Of a DNA stretch of 64,000 nt, positions 26,572 through 42,420 are shown one piece after another (positions within the stretch are counted from its first letter, which is position 1; every line of letters starts with the position of its first letter). A model generated the notes under the pieces. The model was not told the DNA's origin. It did no database searches and saw nothing but the letters and a program-made list of their open reading frames with translations. The stretch comes from Eledone cirrhosa (Eukaryota). The position numbers and the translations under genes are program-made. The stretch covers positions 82,956,001 to 83,020,000 of the forward strand of contig OZ024744.1 of assembly GCA_964016885.1 (NCBI GenBank), written 5' to 3'.

Positions 26572-27111
26572 ACAAATATGCACAATACAATTTACACATA
26601 CATATACATATGCCTACATCTGAAAATGTGTGTTTATGAGTTTGAAGTAAGTTAGAAAATAATGCAATTAATTAAAAAATGTTATGCCATGTAATATAAT
26701 TAATTAGACAAAATTACTGCTAGTATTTGTTTTCTCTTACGTGTTTTGAAAATTGGTTGGTTTTGGCAAATTCTAAAAACAATAAAGTAATCATCAAAGG
26801 TTGCGTACAAAAAAATCCAAAGGTACCTAGGAAAGAACACTACGTTTATTCAAATATACATTCCAAAGTACTTATAGATAATTTACTGGTGCAAATATTA
26901 TTTAGATAAATTGAATTATATTTCCTATGTTGTTAGGTATATGATATCGTATTACAAGTATCATTTAAAAAAATATTTGTATATTTTCTAGGTTTTAAAT
27001 GGTCAAATAGTTAAAGCAAGATGGAAGGAAAAGGAAACTACAAAAGAAAAGAAATAAATATAAATCAAAATCTACCTTTCATATACAGTCATTTATGACA
27101 TTAGCTAACAG

Positions 27112-27880
27112 AGTACACTGGATATAATCCGGCAAAAGGTACTGGGAAAACCACTGCTGTGTATACACTGAATATAATCCGGCAAAAGGTAATGGGAAAA
27201 CCACTGCTGTGTGTACACTAGATATAATCCGGCAAAAGGCAATGGGGTGACCACTGATGTGTGTACACTCCGGTAAAAGGTAATGGGGAGTCCACTGATG
27301 TGTTACACTGAATATAATCCGGCAAAAGGTAATGGGAAAACCACTGCTGTGTGTACACTAGAAATAGTCCGGCAAAAGGTAATGGGAAAATCACTGATGT
27401 GTGTACACTCCAGCAAAAGGTAATGGGGAGACCACTGATGTGTGTACACTAGATATAGTCCGGCAAAGGGCAATTGGAAAACCACTGCTGTGTGTACACT
27501 CCGGCAAAGGTGATGGGGAGACCTCTGGTGTGTTACACTGAATATAATCCGGCAAAAGGTAATGCGAAGACCACTGATGTGTGTACACTCCGGCAAAAGG
27601 TGATGGGGGAGACCTCTGATGTGTTACACTGAATATAATCCGGCAAAGGGTAATGGGAAAACCACCGCTGTGTGTACACTCCGGCAAAAGGTGATGGGGA
27701 GACCACTAGATATAGTCCGGCTAAATGTAATAAGGAAACCCCTGATGTGTGTACACTGGATATAATCCGGCAAGAGGTAATGGGAAAACCACTGGTGTGT
27801 GTACACTATATATAGTTCGGCAAAAGGGAAATCATTGCTGTGTGTACACTGAATATGATCCGGCAAAAAAACAATGGGAT
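27112..27880. repeat. Minisatellite with interspersed long (~51 bp) and short (~40 bp) units
   Basis: Repeated gtgtacact[gaatataat]ccggcaaaaggtaatgggaaaaccactgctgt, with or without the bracketed block. Confidence 0.9.
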
Positions 27881-28102
27881 AACCATTTCTGTATGTATGA
27901 ATCCTGTGTACAATCATAAACGAAATCGATTACGGAATCAAACTAAAGGTGTGAATGGGCCCGTTAGCATCAGTGAAGGTAGCAGCACCAACCCAGATAT
28001 TTAGTGTCCATACATAATGAAGAAACTTGATCACCTACGTTAAACGGCGTAACACCTGATTGATTGATTACAAGAAATTGTAGAAAAGAAAATCCATTGA
28101 AA

Positions 28103-28312
28103 TAATGGTTTCTTATATAAGCACAAGGCCAGCAATTTGGAAGGCAGGGAAAGTCGATTAAATCGACCCCAGTGCGTGACTGGTACTTTATTTTATTGAG
28201 TCCGTAAGGATGATGGGCAAAGTTAACCTTGGCGGGATTTAAACTCAGGTCATAAAGGGGCGTAACTGTATGCCACAAAGCATGGCGTCCAACCTTCTAC
28301 CGATACTGCCAA
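28103..28312 (-). mobile_element. tRNA-derived SINE
   Basis: Same family as 3358-3550. Confidence 0.85.
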
Positions 28313-30191
28313 TACAACGGCATACGATATATTTTTTTTCCAAAATTTATATCATTGATTATCCATAATAAGTTGTATACAGTTACATCTAATATTCAGA
28401 CATGACAAAACTGCCTTTTGTAAATGGATAAAGAATAATAAAAGTATAACAAAAATCTATCATGATGAAATCTTAAACGTCTTTAGATTTGAAAAGTGCA
28501 TTTTTTCATGCAACTATATTTATAAATTATTGTGAGAAGGAATGATAAAAGTTATGACAGAAATTGGGTTCTCTGGTGTTGTTCACCATTTTGAATTGAA
28601 TTCACTCCTATAACTCAAGTAAATGTAATCCAATGTCTGCTAATACAATTTTTCAATTACATATTGCAGTGTGTTTTTTTGTTGTTAAACACAGTGACTA
28701 TTTGTTCGCCTTATCTTTGTTTTCTTACCACGCATATTGCAATATTTATACGAGAATGTTCAGGGTCAGGTCGACAAGGCACCAAGCGACCATAAAAGAA
28801 ATCATCGGTATGTTTTATCGTATTTATGGCTAAATCATTCAACATTCGACAACCAAATCAAGCTAGCTCGTATTAGATACCTCCAAATTCTATGGTCTAT
28901 CGCAATATTACCAAGCGCATAATTCTATGTATGTTTCGAATAATACTGAGAAAATACGATATACATAATTTTATGTCAGATTTCAACTAGGAACATAAAG
29001 GATATAATTTAACCAAGAAGAAAGAAATTTCATCCGTGTATCTTTTGTTCCTACTCATTTATCACTCGAGTTCTGTATATCGACATAATTATTTCAAAAA
29101 CAAGCACGAAACCATATGTTATGGAGAACACGTGTATATGAATTAATAGATTCGTTTATCTAACTGGTACTTTATTTATCGATCTTGGAAGGATGAAATT
29201 CTAAGTGGGATTCGATGAGATATGAACATAGAAAACAATATTACTAAATATTGTAAGGCATTCAATCAGTCGTGCTTGAGTTTCTACTATTCTTTATTTA
29301 ATAAATAATAATAAAAAAAAATGAATGTAAGAATAAAGAACTTTCTTTCGCATTCTTTGAAAATGGTCGATTTGATCGATTATGAATGTACATAATATAA
29401 TGTCAGAATGTGTCCCAAGAGTGTACCCTGTTGCCATGGCTACTCGGTATTGAGACATTGATCATTTTGGAGATTTCCCAACGGCAAGAAACCGTGTTTT
29501 TGATGATGATCATACTTTTATCTGAGATGCAGATCTGGGTCAAGTTATTGGTGGTATTTAACTACAGTTCAGCACTAATCTAGAAGACCAACGATAAAAG
29601 GTATTTCAGCCATGATTAATTATATCATCTTTCTTTTTTTTTCTTTTTGTATATACAAAACTATGTATTATAAAGTGACGTTCCTTCTTCTAAGACGGTA
29701 CTGTGGGATTTCGGAGTAATTTGCTTGTTAATTCTGGTAGGCTAAGCGTCCATAAAGAAGCCTTCTTCTCGACCTCAGGTAGGAATCGTACCTATGTAAT
29801 ATTACACGACATTCTCAGCCAGGTGTAAATTATATTAGAATAATTATACAAGTTTATTGTTCACCAACTACACGGATGGTACAGCCTATTAAAACATTCT
29901 AAAATGTTTTATTTATAATTCATGATATACAAATATAAGACGGAAGGAAGAAATTAAATATTCTAAATCGTTCTCTGCGAACCAACCAACGGTGTTTTCA
30001 GTGTTTGTCATTTGTCACCTTCTAACGCTTTTCCTCTCTCCATCTACGTCTACCCCCCCTCCCTCTCTCTCTCTATATATATACTGTATATACACTGGGT
30101 AAAACATTACTTTACTTTATTCTGTTTTGCTTCATTTACCATCATTTGCATTTCATATTTTCTACTACATTGTACATTTATTATTACTATA

Positions 30192-30298
<107 letters not shown>

Positions 30299-31357
30299 TC
30301 TAAAATCGTTAGTTTGTTTTGTCTTGGACTGTTTCAGCCCCGCATCTGAAAAGGAGGCATTGGCCTTGAAATAACATGCCATAATACACTGGGTAAAACA
30401 TTACTTAATTTTGTTTTGTTTAATTTACCATCATTTGTCCGTTCATATTTTCTATAGTATTTTACAGGCTTTTAAAAACTTATCGGCCATTTACTATATA
30501 TCTCACAATGCTTCGTATTAACTACGCTCTCCCCTCTCTCATTTCTCGCGCTCTCTCTCTCACCCCCCCCTCTCTCTCTCTCTTTCTCTATCTATCTCTA
30601 TCTAGCTAGCTATTTATCTATCTATATATATAGAGAAATATATCTACCTAAATAAAGAAATATATATATATATATATATATATATAATAAAAGAAGGAAT
30701 AATAACGTGTACAATAGCGTTTACTTAAAGTATTAACAATTGTTTCATTAGTCATGTGTCCTGTGTGTCTAAAAGCTGCTGATCGCTAGAAGTCATGTCA
30801 CTCGATTATAATTAGAGTCGATAACCCACCGAATCATCAGAATGCTATTTGGATTACCTTAAACGATATCTTTTTATCTTATATATAATATATGCCAACG
30901 AAATCACTAAGACAACAATATTACTAAACCGACTACCGTCGGTTTAGGATAATATCTGTAAGCGGACAGTGCTTGATTTAGGAGTCGCAGACACCCAAAT
31001 GCTGGATTTTACCAACCATCTAGAGGTCCGGGTAAATTTTTTCAATCACATATATTTTTATTTGTTTGACCCGAATTACTTGGTCGTTTTTGTGGCTGTG
31101 TGGATGATTGTCTAACCATCGTCTCAGTGTATTTTGTCTTTAACATATGTTGTAGCTCTGGTTCATCTGAATCATTGAGCGCTTGCCACACATCTCGGAA
31201 GTTGTTTTTCGTTAATTCCTAAGCCGAAATACGATTCTCGCTAATTTATATTTATATATATATATATATATAAACTATATATATATATATATTGTATATA
31301 TATATATATATATAAACTATATATATATATATATATTGTATATATATATATATATAT

Positions 31358-33552
<2,195 letters not shown>

Positions 33553-33585
33553 TTTCATCATTATATATATATATATTATATATAT

Positions 33586-35000
33586 AAGTGGTTACACAAC
33601 AGTTAGTTCACCATACCGAGAACAATTTAGCCGATCCTCAGCTCGTAATGGACATGATTATACGGAACAGGAAGGACAACCGTACGAACGCGCATGCACG
33701 GAAACCGTCATTTCACACAGGCAATACTAAAAAGCGTGTGAGAGATGTAAGGGAGATAACTGCTTCTACCTTCAATGAGTTAGGAATTAGGATAACAGTA
33801 GCTACAAACCTCTCTAGCGTAGATTTCTTAGACATTAATTTAGACCTCGCACACACATCTACAGACACTTCCATAAGCTAAACGAAAAACTCAATCACAT
33901 TCAAAAGGACTCATGTCACCCTCTCACTATTTTTAGAAACTTCGTAAATAATATCAGTACTAGAATCTCAAACCTCTCCTCTAATAAGGCTATCTTTGAC
34001 AGAGCGGCACCCTACTATAACACGGCGTTAGCTAACACCGGCTTCTCCCAACCTATCACTTACTCTCCCACTAACAACAAAAACATCATGAAAAGAAAGT
34101 GTAACAATAGACAAACTATCTGGTTCGCTCCTCCCTTCTCACTCAACGTTAAAACCAATGTAGGCAAAACATTTCTAGCCCTCTTAGATTGACACTTTCC
34201 CATAGGTCATAAATACCGCGCCATCTTTAACCGACACAAAGTAAAACTAGGATACTCCTGCGCTAAGAACATGAAGGCCCACATCACCAACAGCCCTAAG
34301 AGCAACACCCCACCAGGGTGCTCTTGTCGTAAGCCCGAAGCTTGTCAACAGCAATGCAACACACCCGCTGTAATTTATGAAGCTGTGGTCACTTCCAACC
34401 GACCAAATCAACCACAGGAGGTCAAATCCTATGTGGGTATCGCGGAGGGCCGATTTAAGGAACGCTTCCTGAACCACCAGTCGACCATTAGGTACCCGGA
34501 CAGACGTTCATCCACGAAACTCACGAACCACGTATGGTCACTCAAGGACTCAAGTATAGACTACTCCATTCAATGGAAAGCCATCACTAAGTCCAAGCCA
34601 TACGCAAGGGGAAATCCGTCGTGTGGACTATGTATTGATGAACGAATAAATATTCTAAAGAGATTATGCAATAGTGATTGCCTAAACACGAGAAATGAAT
34701 TCTTCACACATTGTCCACACGTCTCGAAACACCTCTTACATAACTACAAAGCTCCGGATTGAATCACAACAACATCCTAATTTTCTTATCAACTAGAAAC
34801 TTTTCGGACTTCGCAGTTATCTCCCTTACAACTCTCGCACGCTTTTTAGTATTGCCTGTGTGAAGTGACGGTTTTCCGCGCATGCGCGTTCGTACGGTTG
34901 TCTTTCCTGTTCTGTATAACCGTGTCCATTACGAGTTCAGGATCTGCTAAGGTGAAACAATTGTTCTCGGTATGGTGAACTAACTGTTGTGTAACCACTT
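33586..35000 (+). mobile_element. 5'-truncated Penelope-like element (Naiad/Chlamys-type) with inverted terminal repeats
   Basis: VDFLDINLDL, WFAPPFSLNVKTNVGKTFL, IFNRHKVKLGYSC, CSCR..VIYEA..SYVGIAEGRFKERFLNH..CGLCIDE..LNTRNEFFTHCPH. 33586-33725 is inverted at 34853-35000. Confidence 0.88.
33735..34762 (+). pseudogene. PLE RT thumb + GIY-YIG, frameshifted with one in-frame stop
   Basis: ORFs 33588..33881 and 34271..34762 plus the intervening frame. TGA at ~34190. Confidence 0.8.
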
Positions 35001-35067
35001 CTACCTAACACGTCCCATGGGCTGAGTGCTCTACCACTATATATATATATATATAAATAAACTATAA

Positions 35068-35143
<76 letters not shown>

Positions 35144-35489
35144 TACTTGAAGCATTGTATTTATAACGTTGAAAGAGATAGAAGGCTAAGCAATGCAGAA
35201 TGGACTGTAAGATGAGGTAACGAAAAAGTAAGTTACCTGGTAATCTTTGTTTTTTTTGTTGTTGTTGGTGTTTTATCTGTCCAATATTGCGGGACCTAAA
35301 GGTCCGTTCATTAGAGGTTAAGGAACTGTTGGTTTTATCTGGATAATGTTCCAAATTGGAACATTATCCAGATAAAAGAACAACAACAACAGCAAAAAAA
35401 AAAACGAACTTTTACTTTTCGTTATCTCATCTTACAGTCCATTTTGCATTGTTTAGCCTTCTTTCTCTTTCAACGTTGTATATGATATA

Positions 35490-35534
35490 TTCCTGATGAT
35501 TTCCTCCGAATGAAACAGTTCTAGTCCTGTAGAA
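35490..35534 (+). ncRNA. Type I hammerhead motif within inverted repeat 35160-35480 / PLE terminus
   Basis: ttc CTGATGA t ttc ctcc gaa t GAAA cag ttctagtc ctg TA gaa. Confidence 0.55.
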
Positions 35535-35607
35535 GCCATTTCTATATAGAATATTTTTACTCTGATATGTATTGAGTACCTTACTTACTGTGGTTACCCC
35601 CGAGAAA

Positions 35608-35675
<68 letters not shown>

Positions 35676-36170
35676 AATATAACGTGGTTGCAAATCTGGA
35701 AAGAAACCGAATGTTTCTTATTCAGTCTGTAAAACAATTGGTCATGTCCTCTGAAGAACGTAGTCAGTGGAAAGTCCGCTCTTGCATTTTACAGTCTGCT
35801 ACAAGAAAGCTTACAAAGCAATGTCTTCGGTATCACATAGGAAATAACCAAATTAAGAAAATTCTCATGTCAAGAATTATGAATGGTTTCTAAAGAAATA
35901 TTTGGCTTGGCATCTATTGTGGAACGCTGCAATAGAGGCATGGGAGTGCTGTCAACTTGATGTATCAAAGATGTTAGTAAAACGCCGAATTGTCTTTCTG
36001 CGTCCAATAATAACCGACCTGAGGAGAAGCCAAGGTTGCAATATCTACATAGTCACTTGACCACGTAGGATTAGCAGCTATATCTCCTTCAAATCACAGC
36101 CTGCTGACAAACCAACGAAAGACTCGACTCATTCGAAAGATTTGTCTTATATTACATTCACCCCCCTGCC

Positions 36171-36261
<91 letters not shown>

Positions 36262-36262
36262 C

Positions 36263-36556
36263 GTTTCGTTTCTGAATTTGTTTAGCTAGATTCTTTATCT
36301 GAAAAAGTGTGTTGAAACCGATGTTGTTATGCTTTGGGAGGGTCATGTTGCCAATAAGAAACACACACACCATTCGCTTTCACTCCAATTTAATATAAAT
36401 TAAATTTATAAATTTAAGAATTTATAAATTTCCGGTTGGTTGGTTGGTTCCACAACCAGACGATTGTTCATATATTGTCAAAGTACTTTCGTCACACATT
36501 CTGTGACCTCTTCAGTGACTGGGGATTCTTTTCTTTGTTTTTGTGCCTCTCCTTTG

Positions 36557-36560
<4 letters not shown>
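36263..36560 (-). mobile_element. Solo PLE terminal repeat (family of 10768-11060)
   Basis: High similarity to 10768-11060. Flanked by (TA)n. Confidence 0.8.
36477..36519 (-). ncRNA. Minimal type I hammerhead motif
   Basis: gtca CTGAAGA g gtcac agaatgt gtgac GAAA gtac TT tgac. Palindromic GTAC stem III. Confidence 0.75.
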
Positions 36561-36598
<38 letters not shown>

Positions 36599-36610
36599 CA
36601 AAGGAGAGGC

Positions 36611-36661
<51 letters not shown>

Positions 36662-36807
36662 CCAAAGATTAATATGGTTGATTGATTAGTCAATGAATAC
36701 AGTTTTACAATAGATTAAAAGCACTCAACAAAGAAATATTGCTGGAGTTTTAATATTATTCAAAATATTAACAAATTAATATATTCACATAATCAAAATA
36801 TATGCTC

Positions 36808-36865
36808 TATTATATATATTTCGAAGGTACTGTGTTTTTTTTTTACAGTACGTCATCGTCAGATA
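36808..36865 (-). ncRNA. Type I hammerhead motif
   Basis: tat CTGACGA tgac gtactgt..acagtac cttc GAAA tatata TA ata. Confidence 0.5.
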
Positions 36866-36980
36866 AAATATATGATTTGATATATGACATACCTCTACGG
36901 TCTGGATATTTCAATTCCTGTATTGGCAGTGATTTATTTCATCAAATCTCAACTTTTACATTCTTCATAAATATTTTTAT

Positions 36981-39213
36981 TCTTCAACTGCACAAATTAA
37001 ACCTTATTAAGAGTTTGAATATAAAAATAAGCATGATATGAATGAAAATAATAATAATAATAATACTAATACATCTACCCAATATACATGAGGTAATAGT
37101 ATGATATAATTATAAGTAGCACATATAATAAATAATAAAAAATACAATTATATACTATATAATACAATATAATAGAATAGATAATCTCCGGTTAATTTAC
37201 ACAAACAATATAGATGTCACAATAATAATATAATAATAATATACTAACATTTATAATATACAATATACTAACATTTATAATAAACAATATATAATGGTAC
37301 TCAAGTTAACAAATCAATTCATACTGAGTTACAGAGTAGGTGAGGAAAAATAAATTGTACAATACCCCACAAAAAAATGTTGATGGTACAAAAAATACAA
37401 ACATCTTACATGATATATAAAGTTTAACATATAATGTTACATATAATTAACGGTAAGTAATAAGGATCAATATTACAATAAAAAATACAATATAATATAA
37501 TATATTATATAAAATAAATTAACATAATATAATATATAATTACTTATAATTACAAGGTTGGTAGACAGACATGTATATGGATGAGTGAGTAAGTGCCAGA
37601 GAGTAAATATAATGCACAGTAGTATTACAAATAAAATATAAAATATAAAATATAGAATAAAATAAATAAATAGAATCAACCGGAAATTAAAAAACAAAAA
37701 CAAACGTATACATTTAGGTCTCACATGCAGTTAAGTAGTTTAGTAGAAACTAAGGAAACAACCCCTGTAAATGACTCGAAAACCCTATTTGATAAATTAA
37801 TATTAAAAATATTTAAACTATCAAATAAGGCAGTATAATATTAGCTATAGTTTAAGTAATTAAAGTTTATAAACGTTAATATTTCGTTACAAATGTTTAC
37901 AAAAAGGAATGAACATTTTTTACTATCATATACATAACGATATCTAAAAAACTGACTTAAGCAGAATTAAGGTAGGCTAATAGGGACAGAAATGAAGAAA
38001 TATATGGAGGATGCAAAGAGGCATAAAATATAGTCGATATACTATATTACATAATAGAAAGGAGCGTAAAATTTGGAGGGGTTGACAATAAGTTTATGTG
38101 CGCATGGGGGGGGGGGGGTTATCCAAAGAAGAATCCGAATAAAAATAAAAATAAAAATAAAAATAAAAATAAGAATAAAATAAAATAAATAGCGTAAAAT
38201 ATATAATCTTATATACATTCATAAGGTGTAATAGTGAAAATTTAATGCGTAAGAAGATAGATATGGTACAGTAGCCAAATGATTATGAGAGCTAGAATAA
38301 AGAGTCATCAAAAACCAATGATAATAATGATGATAATAATAATGTTGGCAAACAAAAGAACCTAAACTAAAAAATAAATAATGGAATATATCAGCTAATG
38401 GGTACACTTTACTAGAACGTTTAGGTTTATAATAAAAGTAAGAATTAGAAATGGCGTGGGGGCAAGAAGAGAATATCTCAGACTTTCTATTAAGTAAGGA
38501 TACGCTAGAGAAAATTATAGAGTGTGTCTCTCCGGTTGATTCTATTTATTTATTTTATTCTATATTTTATATTTTATATTTTATTTGTAATACTACTGTG
38601 CATTATATTTACTGTCTGGCACTTACTCACTCATCCATATACATGTCTGTCTACCAACCTTGTAATTATAAGTAATTATATATTATATTATGTTAATTTA
38701 TTTTATATAATATATTATATTATATTGTATTTTTTATTGTAATATTGATCCTTATTACTTACCGTTAATTATATGTAACATTATGATATGTTAAACTTTA
38801 TATATCATGTAAGATGTTTGTATTTTTTGTACCATCAACATTTTTTTGGGGGGTATTGTACAATTTATTTTTCCTCACCTACTCTGTAACCCAGTATGAA
38901 TTGATTTGTTAACTTGAGTACCATTATATATTGTTTATTATAAATGTTAGTATATTATTATTATATTATTATTGTGACATCTATATTGTTTGTGTAAATT
39001 AACCGGAGATTATCTATTCTATTATATTGTATTATATAGTATATAATTGTATTGTTTATTATTTATTATATGTGCTACTTATAATTATATCATATTATTA
39101 CCTCATGTATATTGGGTAGATGTATTAGTATTATTATTATTATTATTTTCATTCCTATCATGCTTATTTTTATATTCAAACTCTTAATAAGGTTTAATTT
39201 GTGCAGTTGAAGA
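36981..39213. repeat. ~700-bp-arm AT-rich inverted repeat of a truncated Naiad-type PLE
   Basis: 36981-37684 is the reverse complement of 38531-39213. 38450-38520 (-) encodes LLNRKSEIFSSCPH, homologous to the C-terminus at ~34680-34720. Confidence 0.8.
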
Positions 39214-39574
39214 TGGAAGTGTGTATTGTTGTATGTGTATGTGTGTGTACGTGTGCGCACATATATACATATGCATATTGTACCTTTTGATTTTTATTGT
39301 AATTTTAATGTTGGTAAAGGTATATTATATTATGTTACATTGTATTATATATAATTCCTGCTCTATATAACCACCTTTGTTTAGCTCTAGGTTTTTTTGC
39401 TTTGGACTATATTTGTAATATGGTTCTTAATGTTATTTACATCTTTAGTAATTTTTATTATATATTTTTATTATTTTTATTATATATTTTTGCAATACTT
39501 TAGTGTATGTACACTCCATATTCTTCGGAGCTTCCGGCTTGTATCTGCCGATATTACTTCTTGTTGTTTTAATT

Positions 39575-39612
39575 GCCCCGATGAGTCCTTAATAGGACGA
39601 AACATTGTCGGC
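39575..39612 (+). ncRNA. Minimal type I hammerhead motif (U4C variant, GUC cleavage triplet)
   Basis: gcc CCGATGA gtcct taat aggac GAAA c att g TC ggc. Confidence 0.7.
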
Positions 39613-39746
39613 TAATAAAGACTTTTGATGTATTGAAGGCTTCTTTGTTTTACTCTCTTAATATATATATATATATACTTACATATATATATATATATAC
39701 ATATACACTTATATACTTACATTTATACTTATATATATATATATAA

Positions 39747-39779
<33 letters not shown>

Positions 39780-39802
39780 TATATATATATATATATATAT
39801 AT

Positions 39803-41489
39803 AATGGAAACATTTGAACAGGAACAAAACAGAGAGGCAGTATAACGAATGTTTATTAATTTCACTCTCTGGAGAGTGGGGTGGTGGTGGGGAACGACGT
39901 TTCGGGCATAAGCCCTTTCTCAGGTGAGAAGTGTGTGGGAACAGAGTTCAAAGGGTGTGTAGGGGAGTGGTGGAGAGACATATAGCGAAAGGAAACGGTG
40001 CGAATGAAATTAAAAATAAAAGTAAAAATAAAGCATGATCAAAATAGAAGGAATGAAATAAAATTAAATATAAAAGCATGATCAAAATAAACTGAAATTA
40101 AAAAGGGGTAAAACAGGTGGTGGAAGAGTGTGGGATGTGTAGGGGTGGTGGCGGTGGAGTGGGGAGAGGGAGACGGGTGTCCGAGCGGGGAGGGCTGAAG
40201 GTGGTGTGTGTGTGTGTGTATGTGAAAGTAAGGGTTGGGGGAAGAACGGGGTTGCATGTTCAGGAAGAGGTGTGTGTGTGTGGGGGGGGGGGGATTGTAG
40301 GTCGGAGTGTCTGTGCGTGTGTGGATAGAGGGGTGGGGGAGAGGAATCAGGAGTTTGAGGGTGTAAATATGTGGTGGAAAGCACGTGTGTGTGTGGGGTT
40401 TAAGCGTGTTGTGGGTGTAGGTGGCGTGTGGGAGAAAAAAAATGTTGGGGGTGTGTGGGTGAGTTATATAAATGATTCCGTAAGAGGATGGTTGAAATGT
40501 TGGTAAAATCCTATGATGTTTAGTGGATTCTGTGGTGGTCAAGTTCCACATACGAGTATTCCATGAAGAGATGGTCGGAAGAGGAGAGATGTGGGGTTCG
40601 CGCGCAACAGGAAGTGGTCAAGCGGTGGGAGTGCTGTGTGTCTGTTTGTGCTGGGAGGTGGTCAGTGGGCATAGCAGCAGTCGGTGAAATGGTAAAGGGG
40701 CGAGGATGGGTAGGTGTGAATGTTGGAGTGAGGAGGGTGTGTGTGTGTATTAGTAGAGGTGTTAGTGGGATGAGTGAGTCTGGAGCGAGGGTGTGGGTGG
40801 AGCGGGGAGAGAAGGGTGTGTGTAGTTCTATGGAGGGAGTGTGGTGTACTGGTGTGTATGTAGTTTGATGAAGGGGGTATTAGTGGGTGTTAGTATACGG
40901 GAGGTGGGGAAGGGTTGAATGCAGGTGTGAGTGGGGGTTAGTGGTGGTAGGGTGTGTAGAGTTGGTGGTGTACGAGGGTGTGTGGGTACGTGTGCGTGGG
41001 GTTGGGGGTGTTAGTGATGTTAGTTGCGTGTGGGGTGGGTGGTGTAAGTGGGTGCGTGTGTTCGTGTGCTTGGGGTCAGGGGGTGTTAGTGAGGTTAGTT
41101 GCGGGGTGGTGGGATGGAGGTGTGGGGGGTGAGGGTTAGTTGTGGTAGTAGGGTGTGTGTTTAGTGTGAGCGCGTGTATATATGTGTGCCGGTGGGTGTG
41201 TGCGTGTGATAAGGAGGGAGGGAGGAGGAGGAGAAGAAGGGAGGGATGTTAGTATGTTAGTTGGGGAAGGGTTGTCGGATGAGGGATGGAGTGGAGGTGT
41301 TAGTATTGTTAGTTGTGGGTTGGGCGGTGAAAAGGAGGGGTGTGTTAGTGGTGTTAGTGGGGGATAAGTGTGGGGGGAGGGGGGCGGTCGAAGGCTAAAG
41401 GAATAAGGGTGGGGAGTTCAGGCCGGGGGAAGTGTGGGTCTGTAAGATGAAGATAGTTCTTCGTTCGACTCTAAGGCGATTGGCGGGTG

Positions 41490-41490
<1 letters not shown>
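39803..41490 (-). mobile_element. 5'-truncated PLE: GIY-YIG C-terminus, long CA-rich 3' region, hammerhead-like terminus
   Basis: 41395-41490 (-) [21 protein letters not shown]. 39894-39925 (-) ac CTGAGAA a gggc ttat gccc GAAA cg TC gt. (TA)n on both sides. Confidence 0.65.
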
Positions 41491-41564
<74 letters not shown>

Positions 41565-41863
41565 AATGTATATACAGACACGGACACGTACACACATTTA
41601 TACACACATATATAATAGCTAAAGTAGAACTTGTGAATAAGTTGAGAATAATTTATCTTGGGTATATTTAATAGAAATATATTAACAATTTTACAGTAAC
41701 TTACGAAACATATTAAATGAATGAATGTGTTAACTATATAACCTAGTTAGTACAATCGGAGTTATTCATTTCATATCTGTAAAAGCATTAATAAGATATC
41801 TACGATACACATAGGCCATAATAGTAATAGTATTATCTGTGAATATTATTAATACCTTTTCAA

Positions 41864-42090
41864 GGGTGGTGGATTGGTAGAATCGGTAGAGCGTCGGACA
41901 ACATGTTTAGGGGCATAGAGTTATCGCCCTTTATATTCTGAGTTCAAATCCCGCCGGGGTTAGCTTTGTCTTTCATCCTTGCGGAGTCGATAACATGAAG
42001 TACCAGTAATGCACTGGGCATTATTTAATCGACTTTTCCTTTCCCCAAAAAAATTGTTGGCCTTGTGCTTAAATCGGAAACCATTATTAA
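41864..42090 (+). mobile_element. tRNA-derived SINE
   Basis: ggtggattggtagaatcggtagag...gagttcaaatccc...ggccttgtgcttaaatcggaaaccattatt. Confidence 0.85.
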
Positions 42091-42267
42091 AACATTCTCA
42101 TATCTCGAACATTAAGATCCTTTTGTACAATATTTTAGCGATGGATTTAAGTTATGTTTAATTACTTCATTTGTGTTTATTTTCTGATATATACATTGCT
42201 GTCAAAACCAGTATTACAAAGCATTTCTTATACTTAATCAGAAAAGGTTTCTAAAACTATTATAATT

Positions 42268-42420
42268 TCCACAAACCTCGATTCACAAACGCCTCGCTTC
42301 ACGAATAAATCGGTTCACGAACAAATCGGTTCACGAACATTTTTCTGAACATAAAACATCTCGGGTGACGAACGGTGTTTTGAGTAACATACACTCAAGC
42401 CGGCAACAACAGTTGGTGAT
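42268..42420 (+). mobile_element. Possible Tigger/pogo-like DNA transposon terminal fragment
   Basis: cctcgattcac...cctcgcttcacgaa followed by reiterated aatcggttcacgaac. No partner TIR was seen. Confidence 0.3.

Noticed and set aside
27112-27880. Minisatellite as a C2H2 zinc-finger array or CRISPR array
   Set aside because: No 84-bp period or C-x2-C/H-x3-H spacing, frequent stops, no unique spacers, and a eukaryotic context without cas genes.
28700-28920. Possible short host exon ending at a gtatgt donor
   Set aside because: No convincing acceptor or recognisable peptide. Such motifs arise by chance.
34188-34194. In-frame TGA in a Naiad-type PLE as possible selenocysteine
   Set aside because: The context LLD*HFP is not a cysteine position and fits CGA>TGA decay. 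No SECIS was recognised and the copy is also frameshifted.
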